Source: an uncultured bacterium (GTDB taxonomy: Bacteria; B130-G9). Taken from it: 20,000 nucleotides of DNA. Of the stretch, positions 1-8,800 are shown one piece after another. A model generated the notes under the pieces. The model did no database searches. It was not told where the DNA came from and saw nothing but the letters and a program-made list of their open reading frames with translations. The translations under genes and the position numbers were made by a program. The stretch is from the NCBI GenBank assembly GCA_965372715.1, contig CBDVDH010000013.1, positions 52,532-72,531 of the forward strand. The letters are read 5' to 3'. Each line of letters opens with the position of its first letter. Position 1 is the first letter of the stretch.

Positions 1-98
1 TAGCACAACGGGAGGACGGGATGCAAATTGGATTCGTCCGCGCCGATGTGCCGGTGAGGATGAGGACCTGACTGCTTTGACCGGCGATTCACCGGGAC

Positions 99-776
99 TT
101 AGATCAGATTAAGATCTTTTAGCTCCGATTCGTACTTGGCGATTACTTCGGCCACCCATTTGCTGACCATATCTCCGAGTGGTCCAAGATTCTTGTAATC
201 CGTTATACCAAGGGCCTCGGCCGCTCGATGCATATCGACATGGGTGCAGTCCTTGAATGCAACGACCTTGCTGATGATGGCTTTCGAATTTGATGAATGC
301 CTCCCAATCCGGTGCTTGAAAAAATCCGCAAATATGTCAATAACCTCAACTTCTGTACATTCCGGGTGCTTTGTCAGCGGGCTGCCCAGCCGTAGGAGAC
401 AATTTCTCCGTTGTTTACCTTTGCCTTTGCTGCATGTGGGTAGGACATGCCCTTTAGACTTTGCGTCCTTTTGCAGGCGGAAGACACCTGAGACGACCCC
501 CGAAATCATGACTTGACACATGACAAAAGCAACGCCCAGTAGGTTCTCTACCACCTCGCATTCGTCCTCCGCAACTACGTCGAGATATTCTTGGTTTCCG
601 CAGTCTTCTGCCTCGCGGATTGTGGCGCCGCAGTCCGTGATCGCGCTGCCGAGTGTGTCAAGAACACTCAACAAGACGTGATCCGACATTTGCATTCGAA
701 TCAACTGGAGTCTCAAGGCGTATATATTCAGGGCAGCAAAGCGCCGGGAAGGACTATTTCCTTCTGTATTACCCAT
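99..776 (-). CDS. Hypothetical protein (~225 aa), mostly helical
   Basis: Long ORF 99..941. Start moved to ATG 776 (MGNTEG) because the longer version overlaps the HicB gene. No family recognised with confidence; visibly more AT-rich than the core genes. Confidence 0.65.
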   Translation of the reverse strand: MGNTEGNSPSRRFAALNIYALRLQLIRMQMSDHVLLSVLDTLGSAITDCGATIREAEDCGNQEYLDVVAEDECEVVENLLGVAFVMCQVMISGVVSGVFRLQKDAKSKGHVLPTCSKGKGKQRRNCLLRLGSPLTKHPECTEVEVIDIFADFFKHRIGRHSSNSKAIISKVVAFKDCTHVDMHRAAEALGITDYKNLGPLGDMVSKWVAEVIAKYESELKDLNLI

Positions 777-888
777 CTTTTGGATCCCCAAGTAAGTCTT
801 GAGAAAAGCATGATATATGATGTCGGTTGGGGCGTGCGGTGGAGGTGCTGTCCATTGTTGCTTTCTGCTCGTTGATGTGTGGTGTTTC

Positions 889-1080
889 CTACTCGGAATC
901 ATGTAGCCTTGCGCTAACTTCTTCAGGCGACGCGGCTTCAAAGAAGAGCTCCAACGCTTCCTTCAGGTTGCTCCTCGCCTCGTCAACGGTGTCCCCTTGG
1001 CTTGCAACATCTACTTCGGGACACAATGCCACGTAACCGTCGCCTTCTCTCTCTATGATTGCGGTCAATTGCCTACTCAC
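889..1080 (-). CDS. hicB: HicB-family (UPF0150-like) type II antitoxin, short form, possibly C-terminally clipped
   Basis: LTAIIEREGDGYVALCPEVDVASQGDTVDEARSNLKEALELFFE matches the HicB N-terminal motif. GTG start preceded by a GAGGTG Shine-Dalgarno. Confidence 0.88.
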   Translation of the reverse strand: MSRQLTAIIEREGDGYVALCPEVDVASQGDTVDEARSNLKEALELFFEAASPEEVSARLHDSE

Positions 1081-1304
1081 GCATCACCTCTCATCGTTGC
1101 CTTATGTCGTTGTTGTGCCTTATGGCGCTCACCCTAATCGCAGCAGTCTCGATGAGGATACTGCTCCTGATCGGCGTGCCTGTCAATCGGGTCGAGGCGA
1201 GGGTTTCGTGCTTACATTTCTGCCGACTTCTGCTATACATTGGCAATGAGCGGCGGCACCATTTGACGCCCCTATGGAAGCCAAGCGTTGGAGGAAGCAG
1301 AAAA

Positions 1305-1811
1305 GTGCCTTTGAATATCAATGATGAACTTGAATCAGTCGCGAGGTCTCTCAACGAAAGCGGCATCGCATACGCGCTCTGCGGAGGATTGGCGGTGGCC
1401 GTTCATGGATACCCGCGAGCCACTCAGGATATCGACATGCTGATAAGAGAATCGGACCTGAATCAGGCAATAGCCCTTCTTGGCAAAAAGGGCTATTGTC
1501 TATCGGCGGGATTTGCTCCTTTCGATGTGGGAAAGGAATCGGAATCGCGGGTCTATCGCGTCTCTAAGGCGAGCGGCGAGGACCTCCTTACCATCGACTT
1601 GGTTCTTGTCTCTCCGATTATGGAGGACGTTTGGGAGGACCGGGATACCTTCCAGGTTGACGATTATGAGATAACGGTCGTTTCTCTATCGGGATTGAAG
1701 AAGATGAAACGGCTTGCGGGAAGACCGCAAGACCTTGTAGATTTGGAGCGACTGGAAGATGTGGAGCGAGATGATGAATCCGGACAACAAGAAGATCAGT
1801 CGCGAGATTAG
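1305..1811 (+). CDS. Pol-beta superfamily nucleotidyltransferase (stand-alone, AbiEii/DUF6036-like), ~168 aa
   Basis: YALCGGLAVAVHGYPRATQDIDML (GG...R.T.D.D motif), a third Asp in IDLV, and C-terminal MKRLAGRPQDLVDL. GGAGG at 1290-1294 precedes in-frame GTG 1305; the upstream ORF extension to 1059 looks non-coding. Confidence 0.85.
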   Translation: MPLNINDELESVARSLNESGIAYALCGGLAVAVHGYPRATQDIDMLIRESDLNQAIALLGKKGYCLSAGFAPFDVGKESESRVYRVSKASGEDLLTIDLVLVSPIMEDVWEDRDTFQVDDYEITVVSLSGLKKMKRLAGRPQDLVDLERLEDVERDDESGQQEDQSRD

Positions 1812-1974
1812 CCGGGATATGTCCCCGGAAGCGATTTCCCGGAGGCTCAGGATAGTCTCTGACCTTCGAATCCTCTGCCTCAAGCTCGGCCGAGCGAAGA
1901 AGCTCAAACTCGAAAGGACCAGGTCCCAGCAATCGGAGCCACCGGAGCAATCCGCAGACGCGGATGCAGGATGA
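1771..1974 (+). CDS. Small hypothetical protein (~67 aa), probable partner of the nucleotidyltransferase
   Basis: GGAG precedes ATG 1771; overlaps the 3' end of the upstream gene; amphipathic helical core DMSPEAISRRLRIVSDLRILCLKLGRA. Confidence 0.6.
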   Translation: MMNPDNKKISREISRDMSPEAISRRLRIVSDLRILCLKLGRAKKLKLERTRSQQSEPPEQSADADAG

Positions 1975-2191
1975 TTTCCATCGTCGTTATGCGTGCAAAG
2001 AGAAGGGGGAACGCGATGATCGAAAAGCCCGGTGAGCTGTTCGGCAAATCTCGATTTCCGCGATGTAAACACTCGCCCCGAAGTTAGTGATTGACAGTGG
2101 AGGCAGAAAGCCCGCTGCCGGTCAGCGCTAGTCCCTTTGCCCCTTTTTCCCTTTGTCCTTTTCTCCCCCCTCAACTGGGCGACTCGCCGTG

Positions 2192-2220
2192 TTGACGGAA
2201 AAGACCCACGCCACTATAGT
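2192..2220 (+). promoter_or_regulatory. Sigma70-type promoter for tRNA-His/hisS
   Basis: TTGACG (2192-2197), 17-nt spacer, TATAGT (2215-2220), 70 nt upstream of the tRNA. Confidence 0.7.
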
Positions 2221-2290
2221 TGTTCTGCAATTGATGCTTGCATACGGGCAGTTGGGTTTTTGCCTGACCAGCCCGCGCAATTGACAGCGT

Positions 2291-2365
2291 GCTGGCGTAG
2301 CTCAGTTCGGCTAGAGCACCTGACTGTGGATCAGGAGGTCTCGGGTTCAAGTCCCGACGCCAGTA
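2291..2365 (+). tRNA. tRNA-His (GUG), non-canonical: no encoded G-1, G1:U72, discriminator A73, CCA not encoded
   Basis: Full cloverleaf: acceptor GCTGGCG/CGCCAGT, D-stem GCTC/GAGC, anticodon stem CCTGA/TCAGG with loop CT-GTG-GA (anticodon 2326-2328), T-arm TCGGG-TTCAAGT-CCCGA. Confidence 0.97.
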
Positions 2366-2425
2366 CTTTTGTGTATCCTTTGCCGTGGTTTCATAGTTTG
2401 CAGGGGACTGGGATTAGAGATAGTC

Positions 2426-3889
2426 ATGGACGAGAAAAACAAGCGGCCGAAGGCGAGGCTCGCGCGCGGTTTCCGTGATGTCATTGGCGCGGACCTCGTT
2501 GCCCGGTACAACATGATCGAGACGATCCGCAAGGTTTACGAGCTTTACGGCTTCATGCCGCTTGAGACGCCAACGGTCGAGTTCGCGGACATGCTCGGCA
2601 AGTTCATTCAGGAGACGGGTCTTCCCGATGAGGGTGTGTTCTCGTTCAAGGCCGACCAGCCAGACTGGCTTGCACTAAGATACGACCTCACAGCGCCTCT
2701 TTCGCGCTTTGTTGCCCAGCACAAGGACCTGCCCAAGCCGTTCAGGCGCTATCAGATCGGGTCGGCGTTCCGCATCGAAAAGCCGGGGCCGGGGCGGTTC
2801 CGGGAGTTCATCCAGCTTGACATCGACACGGTGGGCAGCGCGAGCATGGCGGCCGACGCGGAGATATGCTGCGCCCTCTGCGACGCCTTTGACGCGCTCG
2901 GCCTCGATGGCATGTTCGTGGTCAGGGTCGGTAACCGACGGGTCCTGAACGGCGTGCTCCAGGCGGCGGGCGTCGATACGAAGGGCGGCGGCGGCATCAT
3001 CTCGACGCGGGTGATGCGCTGCATCGACAAGTTCGAGCGCCTGGGCCTGAGCGGTGTCGCGGAGCTTCTGAGGCAGGGCCGTATGGACGAATCGGGCGAC
3101 TTCACGGAGGGAGCGGGTCTGACCCAGGCGCAGGCGGAGGTTGTTACAGAGTATCTGAAGGGGTCGGGAGAGAGCAGGAAAGAGGTTTGCGAGGCGCTGA
3201 GAGCGATCGTCGGCGAATCCGAGGAAGGGAGGAGCGGCGTCGATGAGCTGGTAGAGATAGACGAGTTCCTGACGGCGGCCGGTTATGACGAGCGAAAGGT
3301 GATCTTCGATCCGACAATAGTCCGAGGGCTGACATACTACACGGGGCCAGTCTATGAGGCGTCGCTTATTGACGAGAATGGTCGCTTTTCAAGCAGTATC
3401 GCGGGGGGCGGGAGGTATGACAACCTCATCGAGCGTTTTACGGGCCAGAAGGTCCCCGCGACTGGCGCCTCAATTGGGCCTGATCGCTTGCTTGCGCTCC
3501 TGATTGGCCTTGGGAAGGTCTCGGAGTCGCTTTTGGCGCCGGTTTTTGTTACTCAGATGGACAGGGCCTGGGCGAAGGACTACCAAGCGATGACGTTCGA
3601 GCTCAGGCGCGCTGGTATCCCTGCGGAGCTCTTCCTGGGGAGGGCCAGCATTGGCAAGCAGCTGAAATACGCCGACCAGCGTAACATGCCACTTGCGGTG
3701 ATCGCTGGGGAGGACGAGTTTGCAAGCAAGACCGTCTCTATCAAGGACCTCCGCCGGGGCAAGCGGGTCGCGTCTGAAGTATCCGAGCGGTCGGAGTGGC
3801 TGAAGCACGAACAGACCCAGGAGACGGTTCCCCGCGGGCGGCTCGTCGAGCGCGTAATCGAGCTTCTGGCCAAGTATCCAGACGGCTAG
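2426..3889 (+). CDS. hisS: Histidine--tRNA ligase (class II), alphaproteobacterial-type, 487 aa
   Basis: RGFRD N-terminus, LRYDLTAPL, motif 2 FRIEKPGPGRFREFIQLD, RGLTYYTG, GGGRYDNL, anticodon-binding domain with KQLKYAD. Start set at ATG 2426. Confidence 0.97.
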   Translation: MDEKNKRPKARLARGFRDVIGADLVARYNMIETIRKVYELYGFMPLETPTVEFADMLGKFIQETGLPDEGVFSFKADQPDWLALRYDLTAPLSRFVAQHKDLPKPFRRYQIGSAFRIEKPGPGRFREFIQLDIDTVGSASMAADAEICCALCDAFDALGLDGMFVVRVGNRRVLNGVLQAAGVDTKGGGGIISTRVMRCIDKFERLGLSGVAELLRQGRMDESGDFTEGAGLTQAQAEVVTEYLKGSGESRKEVCEALRAIVGESEEGRSGVDELVEIDEFLTAAGYDERKVIFDPTIVRGLTYYTGPVYEASLIDENGRFSSSIAGGGRYDNLIERFTGQKVPATGASIGPDRLLALLIGLGKVSESLLAPVFVTQMDRAWAKDYQAMTFELRRAGIPAELFLGRASIGKQLKYADQRNMPLAVIAGEDEFASKTVSIKDLRRGKRVASEVSERSEWLKHEQTQETVPRGRLVERVIELLAKYPDG

Positions 3890-3915
3890 GAGGGACCCCC
3901 ATCCAGGACCGAATT

Positions 3916-5844
3916 GTGAGGAACGATAGTAAGGACAGCGGGCATCCGGATGAGCATCCCGTGCTCTACATTATGGGTCGGCCGGTGGAGAACCCGGTCG
4001 TCATCGACCACAGCCCCGATTGCCTGACGCTGGACAAGCTCGTTGCGGTCGCGCGGGGTGACGACGAGGGGCGGCTGGCGCGCGTCGTCGTGGCAGAGGA
4101 GAGCCTCCGGCGGACCGAGCGAAGCGCGGCTATGATTCAGAAAGCGGTCGTCAAGGCTCAGAGCGAGTTTGCGTCTGCCTCGCCCGAGAACCGGCACTTA
4201 TTCCTCATCTACGGCGTGAACACGGGCTTCGGCATCAATCGCGACAAGCCCGTGGAGTCCTATGCTGACTGCTGCAAGCTCTCCGAGAATATCCTCTTCA
4301 GCCATGCGACTGGTGTTGGGTCGCCACTTCCATCCGAGATCGTCCGAGCGACGATGCTGCTTCGCTTACGGACGTTCGCGCAGGGTCGGTCGGGCGTCAG
4401 ACCCGAGTTGCTCGTTCTTCTCGCCGAGATGCTCAACCGCAAGGTTCATCCGATGGTCCCCTCTCAGGGGAGCGTTGGCTCGTCCGGCGACCTGTGCTCG
4501 CTTTCGCACCTGTCGCTCGTTCTCATCGGCGAGGGAAACGCTTGGGTTGAGCCTGATTACCCCGCCCGTACCCCACACACATGGGACGACACGGTCGATG
4601 CGAGGCGCGGCCTGATGACAGGACGCAAGGCGCTGAGAGCGGTCGGGCTTGAGCCGCTGCGAGCGCCCGAGGTCCCGAACGGCTCTATTGCGGCAGGAAT
4701 GCGCTTGGCTCCCAAGGAAGGTCTGGCTCTGACCAACGGCGCGACCGTCGCGACTGCGATTGCCGCGCTTGCCACCTACGACGCAGGTCTGCTCTTGACC
4801 TCATCCAATCTCACCGGGGTGATGACGCTTCAGGCTATGGGCGGGACAACTCGCGCATTCGAGCCGTGCGTGCACGAGGCGCGGCGCCACAAGGGTCAGA
4901 AGGCCGTCGCGGAGGAGCTCATGTCATTCATCAACAACCCCGACCCATCCGGACTCGACAACCGTGCGGCCGTCATGTTTCAGACGCAGGACGACTATAG
5001 CCTGCGAGCGATGCCTCAGGTGCACGGCGCGGCGCTATCTGCGGTATGGCACGCGCGGGAGGTGATCGAGGGGGAGATGAATGCCGTAACTGACAACCCT
5101 CTAGTCTTCTGCGAGTCGGAGGACCAGGGCCAAAAGCCCTACGACGAACGGGTGGGGCGTCAGGTGAGCCTGTGGCCCCTGTATTCGGCGGCCAACTTCC
5201 ATGGGGAGCCGATAGGCCTCGTCGCGGACTACCTGAAACTCGCTGTTTCGGAACTCGCAAACATCTCCGAACGCCGCGTGCAGATGCTCTTGGACGTCAA
5301 CAGAAACCGGGGCCTGCCCGCCAATCTCTCCGGGGGCAGAAGCGGCCTCGATAGCGGCTTCATGATCTTTCAATACACGGCCGCGAGCCTCGTTTCTGAG
5401 AACAAGGTGCTGTGCCATCCGGCGAGCTGCGATTCGATACCCACGTCGTCCGACGCGGAGGACCACGTGGCGATGGCCACGACCGCGGCGCGGCATCTGC
5501 GAACGGTCGTATTGAATCTCGCGAACGTGCTGGCGATTGAGTTCATCTGCGCGACCCAGGCGCTAGCGTTTCGGACCTCTAAGCGTGGTCTGCTATTGAC
5601 CCTCACGGGTGCGTCTGGATGGGGCGCCAATGACCTCGCCAAGCCCACGTCTCAGGCCGCATTCCAGATGAGCGAACCCTGTAAGGCGGCGACCGAAATG
5701 GTTCTGTCAGTCTCGCGATTTGTGGTTGACGACGGGGATTTCGCAGAACTCTCGCCCCACGTCAGGATTGAATCGGTACGGAACCTCCTCGTGTCTGGCG
5801 GTCTGCTCCGCGCGGCCACAAAAAGGCTAGGCCGAAAGCCGTAG
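3916..5844 (+). CDS. hutH: MIO-dependent aromatic amino acid lyase, histidine ammonia-lyase type
   Basis: YGVNTGFG, NILFSHATGVG (HAL-type SH pair), GSVGSSGDL (MIO triad SSG), KEGLALTNG, QDDYSLRAMPQVHG, DNPL, NFHGEP, SERR, EDHVAM. Start uncertain (GTG 3916 or ATG 3973). Confidence 0.85.
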   Translation: MRNDSKDSGHPDEHPVLYIMGRPVENPVVIDHSPDCLTLDKLVAVARGDDEGRLARVVVAEESLRRTERSAAMIQKAVVKAQSEFASASPENRHLFLIYGVNTGFGINRDKPVESYADCCKLSENILFSHATGVGSPLPSEIVRATMLLRLRTFAQGRSGVRPELLVLLAEMLNRKVHPMVPSQGSVGSSGDLCSLSHLSLVLIGEGNAWVEPDYPARTPHTWDDTVDARRGLMTGRKALRAVGLEPLRAPEVPNGSIAAGMRLAPKEGLALTNGATVATAIAALATYDAGLLLTSSNLTGVMTLQAMGGTTRAFEPCVHEARRHKGQKAVAEELMSFINNPDPSGLDNRAAVMFQTQDDYSLRAMPQVHGAALSAVWHAREVIEGEMNAVTDNPLVFCESEDQGQKPYDERVGRQVSLWPLYSAANFHGEPIGLVADYLKLAVSELANISERRVQMLLDVNRNRGLPANLSGGRSGLDSGFMIFQYTAASLVSENKVLCHPASCDSIPTSSDAEDHVAMATTAARHLRTVVLNLANVLAIEFICATQALAFRTSKRGLLLTLTGASGWGANDLAKPTSQAAFQMSEPCKAATEMVLSVSRFVVDDGDFAELSPHVRIESVRNLLVSGGLLRAATKRLGRKP

Positions 5845-5865
5845 AACCGCCGGCCGAGAGGGACT

Positions 5866-8800
5866 CTACGGTGCAACGTGGAGTTCAGGCCAGGGGTCGC
5901 TCGTTTGCCCCAGGGTGTCGGCCGCGAGAATCTGGAGCTTGTATCGCCCAATGGGCACGTCGGTCGGAATCTGAAACAGAGTTGAATAGATGCCGTCGCC
6001 AGCAAACGCATCCCCGGACAGGCCCTCGTCATTGAGGAGCACCCCTAATCGCATGCTGTCAAACATGAGCTCTACCAGCTGGACCGCGTTGCCGTCGCCA
6101 AACGCCTGGGGCATCGCGACCGCGTGTAGGGCGTGCCCAGGGCCCAGCATCTGCGAGTGCATGAATCCGCCCGCGAGAATCACCGGCGCCTGAGCCGACG
6201 TGTCCCTGGTCTGGAACCAGTGGGTGTCATCTCTCAGGCAGTTGCCGACAAAATCGCAAGCCGCGATCTCGAGGTCGTAGCGCGTGTCCGGAGCGAAGCC
6301 TCCGGAGGGGGTATAGGCTACTGACAGAAGGCGCTCACCGTTGATACGAGCGATCTCAGCCGAGACGCTCGTCCCGTTCACCGAAAGCTCCACCGTGCTC
6401 ACGTCAACCCCAATTCCCGAATCGGCGAGCCTGAACGAAAGCGTGGTGTTGGGTGGGACTGTTGCACCCGTGTGGGGGCTCACATCAGAAAGGACGGGCG
6501 GGGCACTATCGCGAACGTAGTCTGAGAGGTAGTAGGTGCAGTTCTCGATTAGCTGGGTCCGCTGGCCTACGTCGTCTGATACGTATGGGACCGCGAAGGT
6601 CATGTAGATGATCTGTCCACCGTCCGCGTCGATGGTGTTGTCGTCGAAGTATATTAGCCCCGGCTGGGAATAGCGCGACCAGTTGTAGAGCACGTTGCCA
6701 TCTGCCGCGGGCACGCAGACATCCCTCGTTGCGAGGAATTCTCCATAGAACCCGACCGTGGACTCGAGCGCGTGCGGGGTCGTCGCGAGAGTCGCTTCGG
6801 GGCTTCTGAGAATGAGTATGTCGCCGTAGTCGGCCTTCCAGGAATCGATGTGCAGAACGTACTGCTTCAGATCAGAGAGGGGCGTTGGATATTGCTCGCA
6901 CGCGCTCCAGGCGAGGTCGCCCGCCTCTATCAGAAGCCGCCCGCCCGCGAGCACGTAATCGACGAGGCCCTCGTGGTACGCCGGCATCGGCTCGGATGCG
7001 TCGCCCAGGCAATAGACCACGATGTTGAACGGGGCGTCCGGTAGGTCCTCGCCGGGCGCGTGTGCGTTGACCACATATCCGGCGGCCTCGAGCGTCTCCA
7101 AGAAGACACCGGCGGAATCGCCGGAGTTGTCATCTATCAGCAGCACAGACCCCAGGGACGGGACGAGGGAGAACGTGAAATAGCCCTCCTCTGGAAGGGC
7201 AGCGTGATTAGGCGTCTTCGCAACGTCGGTGGCTTCGAGGCGATACCACACGCGGTCGCCCGGCGCAAGACCCGTCGCTGGAATCTCTCCCGAATACGCA
7301 GAGCCGCCGCCTGGTTCGAGGGTTACGGACGTCTCGTTCTGACCGCCAAAATGGTAGTAGAGCTTCACGCTGTCATCGTCCACGCCGAGGTTGTCCCAGA
7401 CGATGCAGCGAATTTCAAACGCTTCCCGGCTCGCCGGCTGGCTGCTGAGTGGGGTATGCTCGATCGTCGGCGCAAACGTGTCGGCTCGCACCCAGAAGCT
7501 GTGGACGCTGTCCGGGGCGTTTGGGGGGCTTGTGGAGTAGGCCCGGGCGATGTTCTCCGCGTAGATGTAGTAGAAGACCTGCGTGTTGTCCGGCTGGCCG
7601 GGGATGGTCGCAAGATACTGATCGGGCAGCAGGCCGCGCTCGAGCGAGACGGAAGTGTAATCGTCGGCCGATTGAGATGCGCTCTCCGTTCTGAGAAGAA
7701 GTGCCGATTCTGCGAGCGGCAGCGTCGAGTGAATGAAGCAGCTTAGGTGGATTTCCTCGCCCGATTCCTCAGTGTCCGGCAGCGGCTCGAAATCGATCTG
7801 CGGGGACATCTCACCAGGGTTGTAGAAGGACCTCAAGACCTCGTCCCACAGCGTGTCAGCCGTGAAGTCGAGAAAGCCCCGGTCCCCGTCGTAACGGTCG
7901 TCGTAGCTATGCTCTTCTGACTCAAAGTAGATCGAGAGCCCGTAGCAGTAGGGTAACCCGTCCCCGGCGCGATAGTGAAAAACGAGCTCATCGTGCTCGG
8001 ACGCCGCCTCTTGTGCCGCGTCTGAGACCGCGTCCGAGATGTCCTGATGGTCTAGCGCGAGCATGAAGTCCTTGAAATCAACGTAATACCAATAATCCTG
8101 CATTCTATAACTCGATATGTAGGCATCACGCACCTTGCTTTTGTTTTGCTCCATTGATGCGATGAGCAGCTGAGCAAGCTCGTCGAGTGTTGCGATAAAC
8201 CCATCGCCGAACTTTGCTATATCCACTGCGGACAGGACGACGAAAGAATCGTCGCTCGGATATGGGTCCCCGTCGGTGTAAGATCGGTAGAAGTAGTCAA
8301 CAATATGGACGGCGAGCTCCTTTGGACTGAGGTCTGCGCCGGGGCTGAGCTGGCTCAAGAACGCGTAGTCCCAGCCGTCCCAGGGTACCGATTCCTCCGA
8401 TGCGATCAGGACTTGGCAGAGGTCCTTGAGCTGATATGCGACCTCGACCATCCCCATCAGGCAGGCGTCCATGCCGATTATGTCCAGCGTCCTACCGGTG
8501 TTCTGCTGCAACCCGGCGAGGGCGGATTGGAGCTCAGAGATGTCCATCGCGTCGTAGCCGTCGTAGCAGATGTCTTTCGTCATCCGCCCGGCGGCGAGCT
8601 TTCTCCTCCAGCCATCCCCATGGTCCCAAAGAACGAGCGCGAGACGCTCCGCGGGGTAGCTATCGATTGCCCATTCAGAGAAGCGAAGCAGCGTGTCGGG
8701 CTCCGCGAGGTTGAGCTCGGTCAGCCCATCCCAATCAGCGTAAATGTCGCCGAGGGGAATCTGCTCTGACACGAGCGAGCTGTTCTGCGGGCCCAATGCG

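Noticed and set aside
1059-1304. Hydrophobic N-terminal extension of the nucleotidyltransferase ORF
   Set aside because: Overlaps the divergent hicB start and its promoter region; a good Shine-Dalgarno and start exist at 1290-1307.
2131-2172. Pyrimidine-rich GTCCCTTT-like low-complexity tract
   Set aside because: Imperfect short repeats without spacers; no function can be supported.
3796-3915. Long overlap or fusion of hisS and the lyase ORF
   Set aside because: The frames differ, hisS has a complete C-terminus, and downstream starts are available. The upstream extension is probably not translated.
7060-7746. 228-aa plus-strand ORF inside the clostripain gene
   Set aside because: Antisense, Arg/Val-rich composition typical of shadow ORFs.
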